Shown here in pieces: positions 25,637 to 38,961 of a DNA stretch of 64,000 nucleotides; position 1 is the first letter of the stretch, and every line of letters starts with the position of its first letter. The notes beneath the pieces are model-generated. The model was not told where the DNA came from. It did not search any database and was given only the letters and a program-made list of their open reading frames with translations. The stretch is from Octopus bimaculoides (taxonomy: Eukaryota). The stretch is from assembly GCF_001194135.2 (NCBI RefSeq), contig NC_068984.1, positions 19,945,635 to 20,009,634 on the forward strand, in the 5' to 3' direction. The position numbers and the translations under genes are program-made.

Positions 25637-26778
25637 CTATTTTACATTATTAAATTTAAATTAATGATCAGATAATAATCTTATTCAGCAAACAGTAATC
25701 AATCTGTGAGCGTTGTTTGGACAAACAATGCAAAATATAAGCAGAGTTATTTTTTTTGTTGTTGATAATGTTTAAATTTGCCTTGATCAGGCAGACCCAG
25801 AGAATAGTCCAGCTATGACCACCACATCAGTTTTCTTGTTTTCTCTTTTCAGGTATGGTGTGACCTGGACTACATTAATCAATATCTTACCTTTTCCAAG
25901 GTGGTAGGATATGGTTTGAGGAAGATTTGGCCACTATATTTAGCATGTTGAGATGTCACAAAGAGGTTCCCATTATAGGTTGATACAAATAAATTTGTAT
26001 GTAATAGTGAGACATAAATTTTAAAGTTTCACTTAGGACTCTTCTTTGCAGGAATTAAAGAAAACGAATATTTTTGTCACATTACCACTGCACACTGTAA
26101 AATGCATTTCTATTCACTAATTTAATTAATGATTTCTGTCTTCATAGACCACCACTAGTTTCCTTGAAACTGTTTTTGTTTTATGAGAAACATTCATCAC
26201 AACGCTGTCCTCAACCTATCGAGTTGTGTAACCTATGCCAAGTGCCATCTTAAGACATTGGCACACTGGGCAGTTGCCTGGAAGCCACACAGATCTAAGA
26301 GCCCAGATTTATGCATGTTGTGACCGCTGTCAATAAACAAAAATCTATAGGGCCAAGTGCATTGATTTTCCCAGAGTCTCATGGGTCTAGGGGCCCAATT
26401 CTAATCTATGCATGTTTTGGCTTGCAATCAATAAATACTATAGGGCCCAATACATTGATTTTGTTGGGAATTGTGTAAAGTAGAACTATCCCTTACATCT
26501 CTTGAGGAAATGGGTAATACTAGAGAATAAATCAGACAATACTGAAATTAGAAACATCTCCCTATAACCAAACAAATTTTGCAGAATCCCAATGAGAAGC
26601 TGTTCTGTTTGAAGTAATTCACTCAATTTGATCTCTATTTTCAACTGTTTCCTATGAGGTATCTCATAATCATTTTTACCTTCCTAAACACTATTTTCCA
26701 ATCAGCACCTATCTACCTTATTGGATAATTTCTCTAGGTCATGCCCTTATATCTCATAAAAAGCAAGTGCACACATAC

Positions 26779-26895
26779 AAAAGTGATTTTTGAGTAGAGG
26801 AAGCTGAACTCCTTAAATGCAATAAGAAATTTGCATTGTTCAGAAAAATACAATAGAGTGAGGGCATTGTCTCTTTTCATGATTTGTGACATCTC
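26779..26895 (-). CDS. Possible 117-nt exon (EMSQIMKRDNALTLLYFSEQCKFLIAFKEFSFLYSKITF)
   Basis: Acceptor gcagtttccatag|G, donor TTT|gtatgt, phase 0/0. Confidence 0.3.
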
Positions 26896-27019
26896 CTATG
26901 GAAACTGCTAAGCAGATGGTGTCGGACTTATCACTATTCGAATCTTAATATTCCCACATTTCATTTTTCATTTTACAATATAATATTTTTCGAGAAGGAT
27001 ATTCTTTCCATAGCAGGGG

Positions 27020-27375
27020 CATCATCATCATCATCATCATTTAACGTCCACTTTCCATACTGCCATTGGTTGGATGGTTTGACTGAGGACTGGCAAGCCA
27101 GGAGGCTGTACCAGACTCTAGTCTGATCTGGCAAGGTTTCTACAGCTGGATGCTCTTTCTAATGCCAACCACTATGAGAGTGTAGTGGGTGCTTTTTATG
27201 TGCTACCGGCAAGAGGACCAGTCAAGCGGCACTGGCATCGACCACACTTGAATGGTGCTTTTTACGTGCCACCAGCACAGTAGCCAGTCAGATGACACTG
27301 GTATCGACTACACTCAAATGGTACTTTTTACGTGCCACCGGCAAGAGAGTCAGTCAGGCGACACTGGCAATGGAA
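27020..27375 (-). mobile_element. RTE 3' UTR retroposon with three ~60-bp internal subrepeats
   Basis: (CAT)n tail plus repeated tttta(c/t)gtg(c)(c/t)acc...actggcatcgacc units. Confidence 0.8.
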
Positions 27376-28339
27376 ACCCACCAAACACACCATCATCATT
27401 TTGATGTCACTTTTCTATGCTTCCTTGTGTTAGACAAGAGTATACTAAAGCAAAGTTTCTATGGCTGGATGTCCTTCTTACTGCTAACTCTCACCTGTTT
27501 CCATGTGAAATAATAATCTCTGACTCTGTCAAACAACCAACAACTCATTCATGGTTATACAGGGAAATGAAAACAAACGAGATAGTGCAATTTTCAAGAC
27601 ATGTCAAGAAGCCCAGACATGTTTTCATGGTAGATTGCAAGCAAAGGCCATTGTCTGTATGACCAGAAAGACTTTGTTTATGATCAGCAAACACGTGAAG
27701 ATGAGGAGAAACATGAACTCTCTCTCTCTCTCTCTTTCTCACACACACACACACACACACATGCAATGAATGTATTTCTGTTTCTATCTACTAAATCTTC
27801 TCACAGGGCTGGTCCAGTGATATAGTAGAAGACACTTGCCCAAGATATCACACAGTGGGACTGAATTCCAAACAACATAGCACCGCCTTCACAGACACAC
27901 ACACACACACATAAACACACAAAGTTGGGCAGTTTAGCCTTACCAGCCCCTGTCAAACTGTCCGACCCATGCCAGCATGGAAAAGAGCCGTTAAATTTGA
28001 TGATGATGATGATGCACGCAATTATACACAGACAGCTTACTGCATTTACAAAGTAACTCAACGGCTTGATAGTGTTTTCACAAAATATAGAGATAGTGAA
28101 AGTATCACAGCTCCACTTAACGATTTTGTCGGTATTTCCTTAACAAAAAGTACCATAACAGGGGGGGACGGACAGAGAGGTGGACATACACTGCTAATTA
28201 GAAAATAGTGGTGGTGTTTGCTTATTCTCCAAATCAATCTTGACAAAGCACACTCATGATCAAAAGCATTTCAACCATAAAAATCCAGTTCAGACACTGT
28301 TTACCTAGGAGTCTATCACCTAGTGTGTTCCTCATTTTT

Positions 28340-28960
28340 TGTTTGATCAGTTCGGATCAGTTATTCTAGCCGTGATCCCTCGTCTTTTCGTATATCAATG
28401 GCTCCAGTATCCAATGCATCCGATTTAAGGAGTCTCTAATAATAGCAGATAGAGCTATCAGGTAGAGGGGGATCCCTCATTAGTTCGTAAATATAGAGCG
28501 TTTTTTGTACACTGGTAAAGATGATGGTGTTGGTAGCGAAAGTAACACTGTTAGTGGTGGTACACTTTTAAGTCCCTCTGTACGGAATTGCGTAGGGGTA
28601 GAATCTTCGCTGTCAGACTGTCGTTGCTACAGTGAAGTAATTGAAGTAATAAGTTATAGTAGTAACAGCAAAAGTAAGTTACTGCTGTTGTTTCCGTACT
28701 TTCGTCGGTTGTAACAGTGGTTAAAATAGCGTGGTACAGTTAAGGCTCTAACAGTATTATTGTTGTAACAATTGCCATGATTGTGGTAATGAGGAGTCGC
28801 AGCTAACTACCTGTAGCTATAAATACAAAAGTAAATAAAGATATCTTAGTTATATATTTAAAAAAAAAAACGTGTGGCAAAGTAAGGCGGTAAGATTCCA
28901 GGGTACATCTCTCTCTCTCTCTCTCTCTTTCTCTCCCTCTCTCAGGCGCCAAGACACTGA
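28340..28960 (-). promoter_or_regulatory. Probable 5' end / first-exon region of the minus-strand gene
   Basis: Abrupt onset of CpG-rich unique sequence at the edge of the CpG-depleted domain. No ORF. TSS not locatable. Confidence 0.35.
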
Positions 28961-29959
28961 AAGCCAGAAATTAAACAACCCCCAAACTACCCCCACCACC
29001 ACCATCTACATTATTGAATAAATAACTTCTCTGCTAAGAAAGCCTCTTTATGGTAATTCGAGCTGCTCCCCTAAAATCATACCGTCTTGTTAAAGGAAAG
29101 GACGCATTGAGTAATGTCCTAGACACGCTATTCCAGAAAAGAAACGAAACAGGTAGGAATGTGTTTGATATCTGTCAGCTTGATCGGGGCTGACTTGGGA
29201 CTGAAAAACAATGTATCTGGTTAAGCCGACAAACAATACCTTGGACAGCCCACGGCAGGGGCCCTCTGGTAATATACGTAACCTATCATATAGTATATAA
29301 GCAAGTATCACAATGTTCACCGAACGCAGAAGGATGGTTTCAATGTTTTCATTGATGTGTGTAGACAACTCAATGTTACACACACAAAAATATAACTACT
29401 GTTTATAATATAAAGATTTAAAAAATCTTTTTTAACTCGGTATTTGTTTTTAAATAGACAGCTTCTGATGAAAGAACGATACCGTCTTTGATCGGCACTA
29501 TGCGGTCGCTCGATTGCTAGAAAAAGCAGTTAAAATCTTCCTCAAATCACACTACAATTTTAAGAGAACACATATATATACACAGATACACTGTTAAAAG
29601 TGACAGGCTGGAATATCAGAACTGGAACCAATTTGGGGCTAAAACAACAAAGATTCATTATTTATTTGGTAATGATTATCAACAAGCAATCCTTGGTATT
29701 CAACTGTCTATATGCACGTGAAAAATAATGTGAGAGAGGGATGAAGATGAGATTATAGATAAATAGAGCAAACTAGTGGCACATATGTGATGAGGAGGTA
29801 CGTAAACAAATGTGCAGAAATAGTCAAATAGGTTACATACAACCCATTCATGCACGTAGGTATGTTTTTAATGAGGAACAAGAAGAACGGCGCGAAACTT
29901 AATCACGTTCCAGTTTATTTCATCCGTGTTGATACGTAGGTATATGTACGCATACACAC

Positions 29960-30007
<48 letters not shown>

Positions 30008-32099
30008 GGCTCTCTGTGGCCTTGCGCTTACGTTCGAAATTATCACTGGCGAATGTTATATCATCACGATTCCTGAAAATGTCAGTTAATTCCCTCTAGG
30101 ACTTCAGCGAAATTTCTACAAGGGTGAAGGACGGTATGCAATAAATACATTGTGAACGAGGACGGGAGACTGGGGTTTTATATACATGAAGGTGAAGGTT
30201 GCCGTCTTGTGCGGGTGTATATTCCTCACCAAACTACGGACACCAGTGTGCGTACATTAAAGGAAACAAATATTTTAAGCATCAATTTTTTTTCTCTTTC
30301 TTTTAGTATAAGTAGTGTTTCATCAGTTCTTGTCTTCTACTGAAAACATGAATTAAACTCGTGCAGCTTTGGGCGATTCCGATACTGATAAAATCGATTT
30401 TACACTTTGTAAATAGAATAATAATTATTGGTTTTATCTTCGGTATAAGCGGTTGAATATATCGTATAGTGTAAATTTATCTAAGAGGTTTATTTAATAA
30501 GAGAAACACTTAGTGAGATGAATGACTATAACCATACAGCAATTTCTGTTCACTTGGCCACGGATCGCTGCTTTCTGAAACTGCAGCCACTAGTTTTTTT
30601 TTTTTAACAGCTGAACTATCAGCATGGTTGGATATGCGAGGTAATTCATATTGATTATATATATACAAAAATTTCTGATTGATTTAAAAAAATTTTAAAT
30701 CACACACACACATATCATTGTATGTCATATTAACCATATTTAAAAAATATGCCTAAGGGTGTATTTAGAGATAATTTTCAGATTTACACCCTCATCCTGG
30801 TGGCTGCTGATCGAACACTAATCGTTATTGATATCAAGAATCGGTTATTGATACAATGTTATAGTAGCTTCATATTTCTTCAAATACTTGACGTAAAAAT
30901 AATCTTTGTCGCGACGAGGCAAAGATCGCAGATTACCCGAAAGAAATTGCATCGTAAATACATGGAATAACTAAAAAAAATGCCGATCATTGTGTGTATG
31001 TATATTGTGTGTATATACATATGTGTGTGTTTGTATACGTATATATCTATGTGTGAATGATCATACACGATTTGAAATAATTCCATAACTGATAACAACA
31101 CAAGTAGTATTAGTTCAACTAGAAATACGTCGCATTGCAAAACGGGTTATTTTTCGAGGGTGAGAGAGAAAAAGAAAGAAACCGGGTGGAATGTCAACTC
31201 TTTGTTAAAGAACCAACAGGTCGACGTTGCGATCGTTGTAATAACGCGGGAGACGACTAGACATTATTTAACAGGGTAGGTGAAATGAATAATGGGTAGC
31301 TTAACTTCATGCTAAAAGCCTGAAGAATCAGTCTTTGAAGACTGTCTTATCATCCAGGTAGATAATAGAAAAGTGAAGAACTAAAAACGTTATCTTAAAT
31401 CTGAAGTTCACCTGAGCAATAATTCACCAACAGCTTTCAGAGAACGTTACCTAATATTCTAGATCACATGTGATGGATGGCACTATGTATGTCTTTGCGT
31501 TGTTCACTCAACCATACAGTGTCTATTTTTGATCAACAAAATAACAGCAGATGAAAGCAAACTAGACAAATGCAAAATACAATATCGGTTTCTATTTACA
31601 GGTGCCTTATTATTCAGGTAGGAAGACATCAGAAATTAGACGTTGATGCTATTTTTAAATGAACTGAAATAATTACAAGCGGGAATCGAAACCGAATCAT
31701 GGACTTTTTGTCCCAAAGTCGCTTAACTTTCTTCCTCTCTCGTTAGATAAAAGTTGAGGTAAAGTTCTATATATAATTTTGTTTTTAAAAAGTAATAAGG
31801 GAATGAGTAGAAGGTTGACGTTCAGAATAGTAAAGATATAAATAGAAAAAAGTGACAATGGATTTAAGTAATGAGAAAGAACATGAATACTGTATATATT
31901 GTTTGTTTGTTGCAAATTTCTTTTAGGTACTTACAGGAATTGTATAAAATCACAGCTTGGTCTATTCCATTCATTTGCCATGAATCACGATATGAAAGAC
32001 GAATGTATTAAACAAAACGTAACAATCATCGTTGAAAATTTTACAGAAAATAAAGAAATCCTGGTGAAGTTTGTTTATTATGACTGTTTACTTCAGTAG

Positions 32100-32600
32100 A
32101 TGTTTCGTGAAATGTTGATGTGATTGTTTATACGTGCGTGTGTGTGTATGTAAAACGTGGGAAAGACAGACTTTATACACACACCAACGTCAACAACAAT
32201 AATAAAGAAAATAAAAGTTTTAAAAATAAACGATTATGTATATCTATGATAATAAATTGTTAAGTTCTTTCTAAAACGAAGTGATCGGTAAGTATTCCTC
32301 CTTCGTCAGAGAAAGTTGTAAGTAGTAGTAAAGTATAGAATAAGCATGGTGCTACTAATAATACTGTTAATTCAGCTGTTGCTACTTTCGTGTATACTTT
32401 TAGTATAAGCGCTTTTTACACTAACTCTTACTACGGCCCGACACTTGCTGCTGCTAATGCTGTCGGTGCGTCGCTATAGCTGCTGATGTCGCTACGGAGA
32501 CTGCAGTCAAACAAAATAAAAGGGGTGGGGTCGAAACTAACGGGTCACGAACCGCTACTGGTCTGTGGTCCTTCCACTTAGTTTCATATATCACGGCTAA
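32100..32600. promoter_or_regulatory. CpG-rich, UTR-like unique sequence with a plus-strand donor CG|GTAAGT at 32288
   Basis: Dense CpG, non-repetitive, consensus donor. No ORF. Confidence 0.3.
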
Positions 32601-34263
32601 GAATGCCATAGTCTTAAATGTGATGTCTTGTAATGTTTTAATTATTTCAATTTTTGGAGGCACACTCTAATACACAATAGCAGTAAAAAAAAAAAAAGAA
32701 CCTACGAAGTGCTCATCCGTTTCACGGCTTCAGCTGTGGACCCGTAAAAACAGATTGCGGTCTTTTGCTTACAAATAAACATATACACTATGTAATACTG
32801 TGGGGTTTTTTCGTTATGTCTTGTTTTAATTATACGTTTCTTTAATTATTTCAGTTTTCAGAAGCACACACACTTTTTTCTTTCTACTATAAGCAAAAAG
32901 GCCTGAAATTTTAGGGGTAGGAGTTAGTCGATTAACTGGGACTTATTTTATCGACTCCAAAAGACTGAAACACAAAGTCGACCTCATCAGAATCTGAATG
33001 CTGAATGTGAGAATCCGGAAGAAAATGCCGCTAAATATTTCTGTCCGGCGTGTTAACGATTCTGGCATTCTCGCTACCTTGCACACACACACACACACAT
33101 TAGTAGCGAAATGCCCTATGAAGAGTTCGTCTGTTTCATGGATTTAGTTGATATCAATCGGACACGTGAAAACGGCTGAATTTTTACTTACTAATAAACA
33201 TCCTACACACTATGTATTCTGGGGTCTCGTGTAAATTATGGACTACCTAGTTTCACTCGACTCGACTCGAAGCTCTTAGCGATCTGTGAGTTCAAATCTA
33301 GTGTCGGGCAACCTTGCTTTCATTCTCTTCGTTTGATTTTCCTTGTCTCTGTGGTCAAAATGAAAAATAGTCAAAGACGACACGCTGTATTCCACTACTC
33401 CAGCAGTTGAGGACGAAAGATACACAAACACACATGCATTACATTCGTGTGTGTGTGTTATATATGTATTTAAGCAAACTTAGCCATTCAGCTATACTGC
33501 AGTATGGCCGAATAGCTAAGAAAGTTCGTCCCTCAGTTACAAAGTATCGATCTTATCGCGTGGCATTTTGTAGAAGTGTCTTTTTTTTTTTTATATATAG
33601 CTCCGAGTCGACCCAAGGCCTTGAGATAAAATCAGTTTGATGGAAACTTCATGGGAAGCTCGTCTGATGGATTGTACCCGTAAATTCAAAGGGCCTGCTT
33701 TGTTTCCCAAACACAACCAAGCATATCTGGAATACTCAGCTACTTTACATGCTAATTCAGAAAATAGGTTGTTCGGTTGATCGAACAAATGGACATTCAT
33801 GGATCGGAAATACCGACCGAGATCTATTTTACTTATTTAGGCAGAGAGACAGACCGACAGAAACATAAATACATATATACATACATGCATACATGTAACC
33901 ACACTAGCCTTTACCGGGGTCGTACCACTATTTATAAATACATACCGAATTTGAGAACACATAATCAGGGCTATCTTCGTAGTATTTAGGCTCCTGAGCA
34001 AATCTATGCACTGGGCCCTTCGATATTTGTTAGCTGATAGCAAGTCATTATATATANNNNNNNNNNNNNNNNNNNNNNNNNNNNNNNNNNNNNNNNNNNN
34101 NNNNNNNNNNNNNNNNNNNNNNNNNNNNNNNNNNNNNNNNNNNNNNNNNNNNNNNNNGAATGACCCGTCCTTGTTTTCTTTGTATCGTCCATCTGGATGT
34201 TTTGTTGTCCCTTTTTTGTATCACCTAACTGTCTGGATGTTTTGCGTTCTTGTCCCATTTTTG

Positions 34264-34295
<32 letters not shown>

Positions 34296-34786
34296 GTACA
34301 ATTGGGTACCTAGGCCCCCAGGCAACTGTCCAATGTGCTCACGCTTAAAAGATGGTCCCTCACGCAACTGTATATATTATAACTGATATAGTTGTGTATG
34401 TGTAAACATCTAACTGTATGAGAGAAAGATATCAATGAAAAAACAGCCTCCTGCATTCGTTGAATGCCTGCGATACATGATAACATATTTCTCCGTATAT
34501 TATTATCAGGTGGAACTGGCACTATTATTTTGTACTTTTAGCCTCTTTTTTTTTAGCGTTTTGACTGCCTTCATGTGGTTTTAATCGATAAATATAGACA
34601 GTCAGTACTTAGTTGATATTAATTTTATTGATCACTGTTTCTAGAGTAGCTAAGTCGTCCTTAGCATAAAGAGACGTAACTCGCACATAAGAAATACAAG
34701 ATATTTTTGTTCTAGTCAAACATACGCATACATACGTGCATTTGTGTGCGTGTCAACCGAGCAATTTTCACTCCCATGGCACGCAA

Positions 34787-34839
<53 letters not shown>

Positions 34840-35479
34840 TACACCTGTATATGGTATGTGTGTATTAGATAGGACGTACATGGGCCTAAATAGTACAATC
34901 TTAGTTCATCTAAGCGAGATTTTTAATCACATTGAGCGTAAATGCGGGAACGAAATATATTTAGAGGGTGCTACCCAGTTCGATTATTTCAATCTTGTTA
35001 TCAAAACAAACATAGATATAATAACGCTTTCAAATTTTGGCGCAAGGCCAGCAATTTCGGGGTAGGGGTAAGAGATTCCATTGACCCCACAACTCAACTG
35101 GTACTTATTTTATCGACCCCGAAAGGATGAAAGACAAAGTCGACCTCGGCGAAAAAAAAAACACAAGTACAGTAATTATTATTAATATTACATTTGTATA
35201 TCAAATCAGATAAATCAAATAATGGAGAAAATAATGTTTCAAATTGATCCAAAAATGTTTCTACACCCGTTCGTTTTAACAATGAAGTTTTCAAGAGAAC
35301 GTTCAAAGCGTTTTTATTGTCCCTCATCCAAATTGCACGGGGTGCGCTTGTACACCCCTGCATCCCCTGTTCCCGAGTCTATGACTGAGGGTGCATCACG
35401 ATTCAAAGGGTGGTTGGTACTATGATTTCATAATTGTGAATTAAACACACGAGGAGAATGAACTCTAACTATACCACAT

Positions 35480-35880
35480 GAAGAAATTATAGAATATTTA
35501 TTACAAGTTACCTCGCAGGTCTCTAAATGTATCAGAAACTTTGTCAGCCGCTGTTGAATTAAAGACAGTCGTTTAACCACACAATATAGAACAGCCGTTC
35601 GTATCACAAGTGGCTTGTAAGGAGATTACACCATCAGCATTGCCCAAACGACATTAACATCAAATTTAGGGACCATAGGCTACCTACACAGTTCAGTTTC
35701 ACAACACAACTACACTGCAACACATTTTCTTATATTAGATATTATCCTAAAAACAAATATAAAAAGAAAAGATTATCTACAAACGTTATTTGCACAAATC
35801 TCTTCAAGGAATACCAGACAAACCACCTGTACCGCGACACATCTCAGTCAACAACTACCTACTTGAATGGACCATGTATC
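35480..35880 (+). mobile_element. Possible CR1-type LINE ORF2 C-terminal remnant
   Basis: KSLQGIPDKPPVPRHISVNNYLLEW resembles the IPD.PP.PGY...NSL..W end of invertebrate CR1-like elements (from memory). Confidence 0.45.
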
Positions 35881-36178
35881 ACAATACCTTACTCTTTTAC
35901 TCTTTACTTTTTTACTTGTTTCAGTCGTTTGACTGTGGCTATGCTGGAGCATCGCCTTTAGTCGAGCAAATCGACCCAAGGACTTATTCTTTGTAAGCCT
36001 AGTACTTATTCTATCGGTCTCTTTTGCCGAACCGCTAAGTTACGGGGACGTAAACACACCAGCATCGGTTGACAAGCGATGATGGGGGGGGGAGGACAAA
36101 CACAGACACGCAGACATACACACACACACACATACATACATACATACATACATACATACATACATACAATATATATAT

Positions 36179-36343
36179 ATTTGAAGAAAAGCAACAAAAA
36201 TTCATTAGGTTATAGCAGTACGTACGTTTCGTACAAACTTCATTTATTTATGTAGTGGTGTTCTCACTACATAAATAAATGAAGTTTGTACGAAACATAC
36301 GTACTGCTATAACCTAATGAATTCTTGTTGCTTTTCTTCAAAT
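36179..36343. repeat. Near-perfect palindrome (79-bp arms, 7-nt loop, 2 mismatches)
   Basis: Base-by-base pairing of 36179-36257 with 36265-36343. Confidence 0.95.
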
Positions 36344-36477
36344 TTTACTCACCAAATCTCTTGATTTTGTTTTTGGTTTTTACCCTACCAAATTCTGGTG
36401 CCTCAAACATTTTAAGTACCACATTTAATCTTTTGATTAAATCTATATTATTATCATTATTATATATATATATATAG

Positions 36478-36650
36478 GAGAATTCACGAAAAAACAACAG
36501 ACGAAGACAGGTGGTGTAAACAACAAATGGATGTATTAGTATAACGCTCAGGAATAGAGAAAGTCTTTAACGTTTCGAGCCTACGCTTTTCAACAGAAAG
36601 GAACACAGAAAGAAATAAGGAGAGAAAGAAACAGAAAGAAACAAGGAGAG
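36478..36650 (-). mobile_element. Penelope-type terminal repeat with a minimal type-I hammerhead-like motif
   Basis: Minus strand 36600-36561 reads cttt CTGTTGA aaagc gtag gctc GAAAC GTT aaag. Abuts (TA)n. Confidence 0.6.
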
Positions 36651-38778
36651 TATATATACGACGGGCTTCTTTCAGTTTCCGTCTATCAAATCCACTTACA
36701 AGGCTTTGGTCGGCCCGAGGCTATAGTATAAGACACTTGCCCAAGGTGCCACGTAGTGGGACTGAACCCGGAACCATGTGGTTGGTAAGCAAGCTACTTA
36801 CCACACAGTCACACCTACGCCTATGACTTGTCAGATTCTATAAGGTGGTACTATTGAGTTAGATATGTCCCGGACCAATTTTGGCTGAAACATATCCTGG
36901 TTTATTCTAAGTTTATATAAAATATATCTTGTATATATTGACCTGGACCAGATAAAAGAAAGAAGTGATCTTAGAAAAGTAGTAAAAATAGCTAAACGAG
37001 CATGAGACATGGACAATAAATCAAGTCACCTACATTCAAATAATATGCATATATTATTTGAGCCAGCTGCGTACAAATACTATTTATGCTATCGCCTGCT
37101 GATGAAGGCTAGATGTAAATATATACTATAATTTTCCTATTGTTTGTTTTTGTTGTATTTACCTTGATTTATATTCCACGGGGCAATCTATTGAATATAT
37201 GTGCGTGGGTGTTGGTGCGTGGGTGTTGGTGCGTGGGAGTGACGCGCGCCTCTGTTGAATGTGCTCGCATATTGACCAAATGTTGCCTGATCGATCATGC
37301 GTTTGGCCTTACGTGCGTGAAACTCCGTAAGACAATGGACTGAATCATCGACTGATTCCCAATTAATCAAAAACTCTAAACCAAGTATTGAGTTCTCTCT
37401 CTCTCTACATCTGTGTGTGTGTGCTGGAAAGATGAAAGTAAAGATCAGATCAGGAAAGCAAAATTATATATAAACACACACACGTATGCATATCTTTCGT
37501 CTCGTTGTCGCTACCCTTTCTGGTTTTGCTATTTTCCTTTCTTCTTCCTCCCTCCCCAACCTCATTTTTATACCTTCATACTCTCTCTTTTCTTTCGACT
37601 CTTTTCTGTCTTTTACTCCATTTCTCTATTGTTTTTTCCACGTGTCGGTAACGATTTGTCTCACTTTCTCTCACTATCTATCTATCTGTCTCTCTCTCTC
37701 TCAGTGTCTATCTGTCAATCTCTCTCTCTCTCTTTCTCTCTTCCACCCCTTGTTCTTTTTCACCCTCTTCCTCCCCTCTCATTCACTCTCTCTCACACAC
37801 ACACACAAACACACGTATACACACACCAACCCTACCATTGTATTGTTCTGTTTGTGTGACTATAAACTTTTCACGCTCTTTCACTTATTTTTCTCACTCA
37901 TTCACTCTCTCTCTCACAACACTCATTAATCTATACTACCTCCTTATTCTATTCTCGTTTACGTAACATTTTCCCGCCTTCTCCCTCACTCCAGCTTTCC
38001 GCCTTTCTATTCCCGCCGTCCTCTTTCTCCATAGGTTTGACATTTGCTTCATCCCAAAACTTTATTGTTGGACGACCTCCCACTAATTCTCACCGAGGCA
38101 TGGGAAATATTATATATACTCCACCATTTCCTCCACCCTCTTTGCCTCTAGACCTCACCCACGAAGTCAATTCTTTTCATTTAATGTTTAATTGTTTTAT
38201 TTACATCTTATTCGCTCGCACACGTATCTATCGACATACATACATTATATATATAAATAATATATGAGTATATGCATATATATATATATGTACATGTATG
38301 TACATACCTTCATCTACATGTATATATAGATGCATATTTGGGTACATGATGTTGCAAAAAAACATGGACAAAATGATAAACAAGGTACAAAAAACACACA
38401 CACAGGCCACATAGAGAACATATCCTTCATCAGCTGCCACCATTATAACACTGGTGTTTCGAAGATATATATATATATTCACACATATTGTTTATTTTTA
38501 TGTAATGTTATATATGAAAATGATGTAACATTAAATCATTAAACTGAAGGATCCCTCGGTACTTTTTAGAATACATACACACACACATATACGCATTGTG
38601 CATGAATGCGTGTATATTTATATAACTATATATAGGAGTGGCCATTTGAGTTTTTACTGCATTTTTGACTTTGAGACTAAATATGTTTTTTTAAATGTTC
38701 ACTACCTTACAAAAATTATATATTAATCTAAGCAAATGACCTCTAAATGCATTAACAACATTATAACATGATCTGATC

Positions 38779-38961
38779 CAGGGCCGGCTCAAGGTACCGG
38801 CATCTCGGGCGGTCGCCCGGGGCACCATGTGCTGGGGGACACCATGTGCTAGGAGGCGCCAAGGATGGCGTACCAAAGACAAGGAAATTTCCATGACCGT
38901 CAGCTTGTACACGTCGAAGTTCAGTTTGCCAGGGACGCCAGCAACCCTATGGCCGGCCTTG
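38779..38961. mobile_element. hAT-like MITE (183 bp)
   Basis: CAGGGCCGGC...GCCGGCCTTG termini, with TCTGATC immediately flanking both ends. Confidence 0.75.

Larger units (their letters stand above)
35895..36825 (-). mobile_element. SINE family A split by inserts in its linker
   Basis: 3' module at 35895-36115 and head at 36655-36825. A hairpin and a Penelope-type terminus lie between them. Confidence 0.85.

Noticed and set aside
32700-33230. Degenerate ~110-bp direct repeat either side of a SINE B insertion
   Set aside because: Low identity and AT-rich. It cannot be distinguished from an old repeat fragment.
29455-37130. Additional CTGATGA motifs at ~29468 and ~37100 as hammerheads
   Set aside because: There is no correctly placed GAAAC box after stem II.
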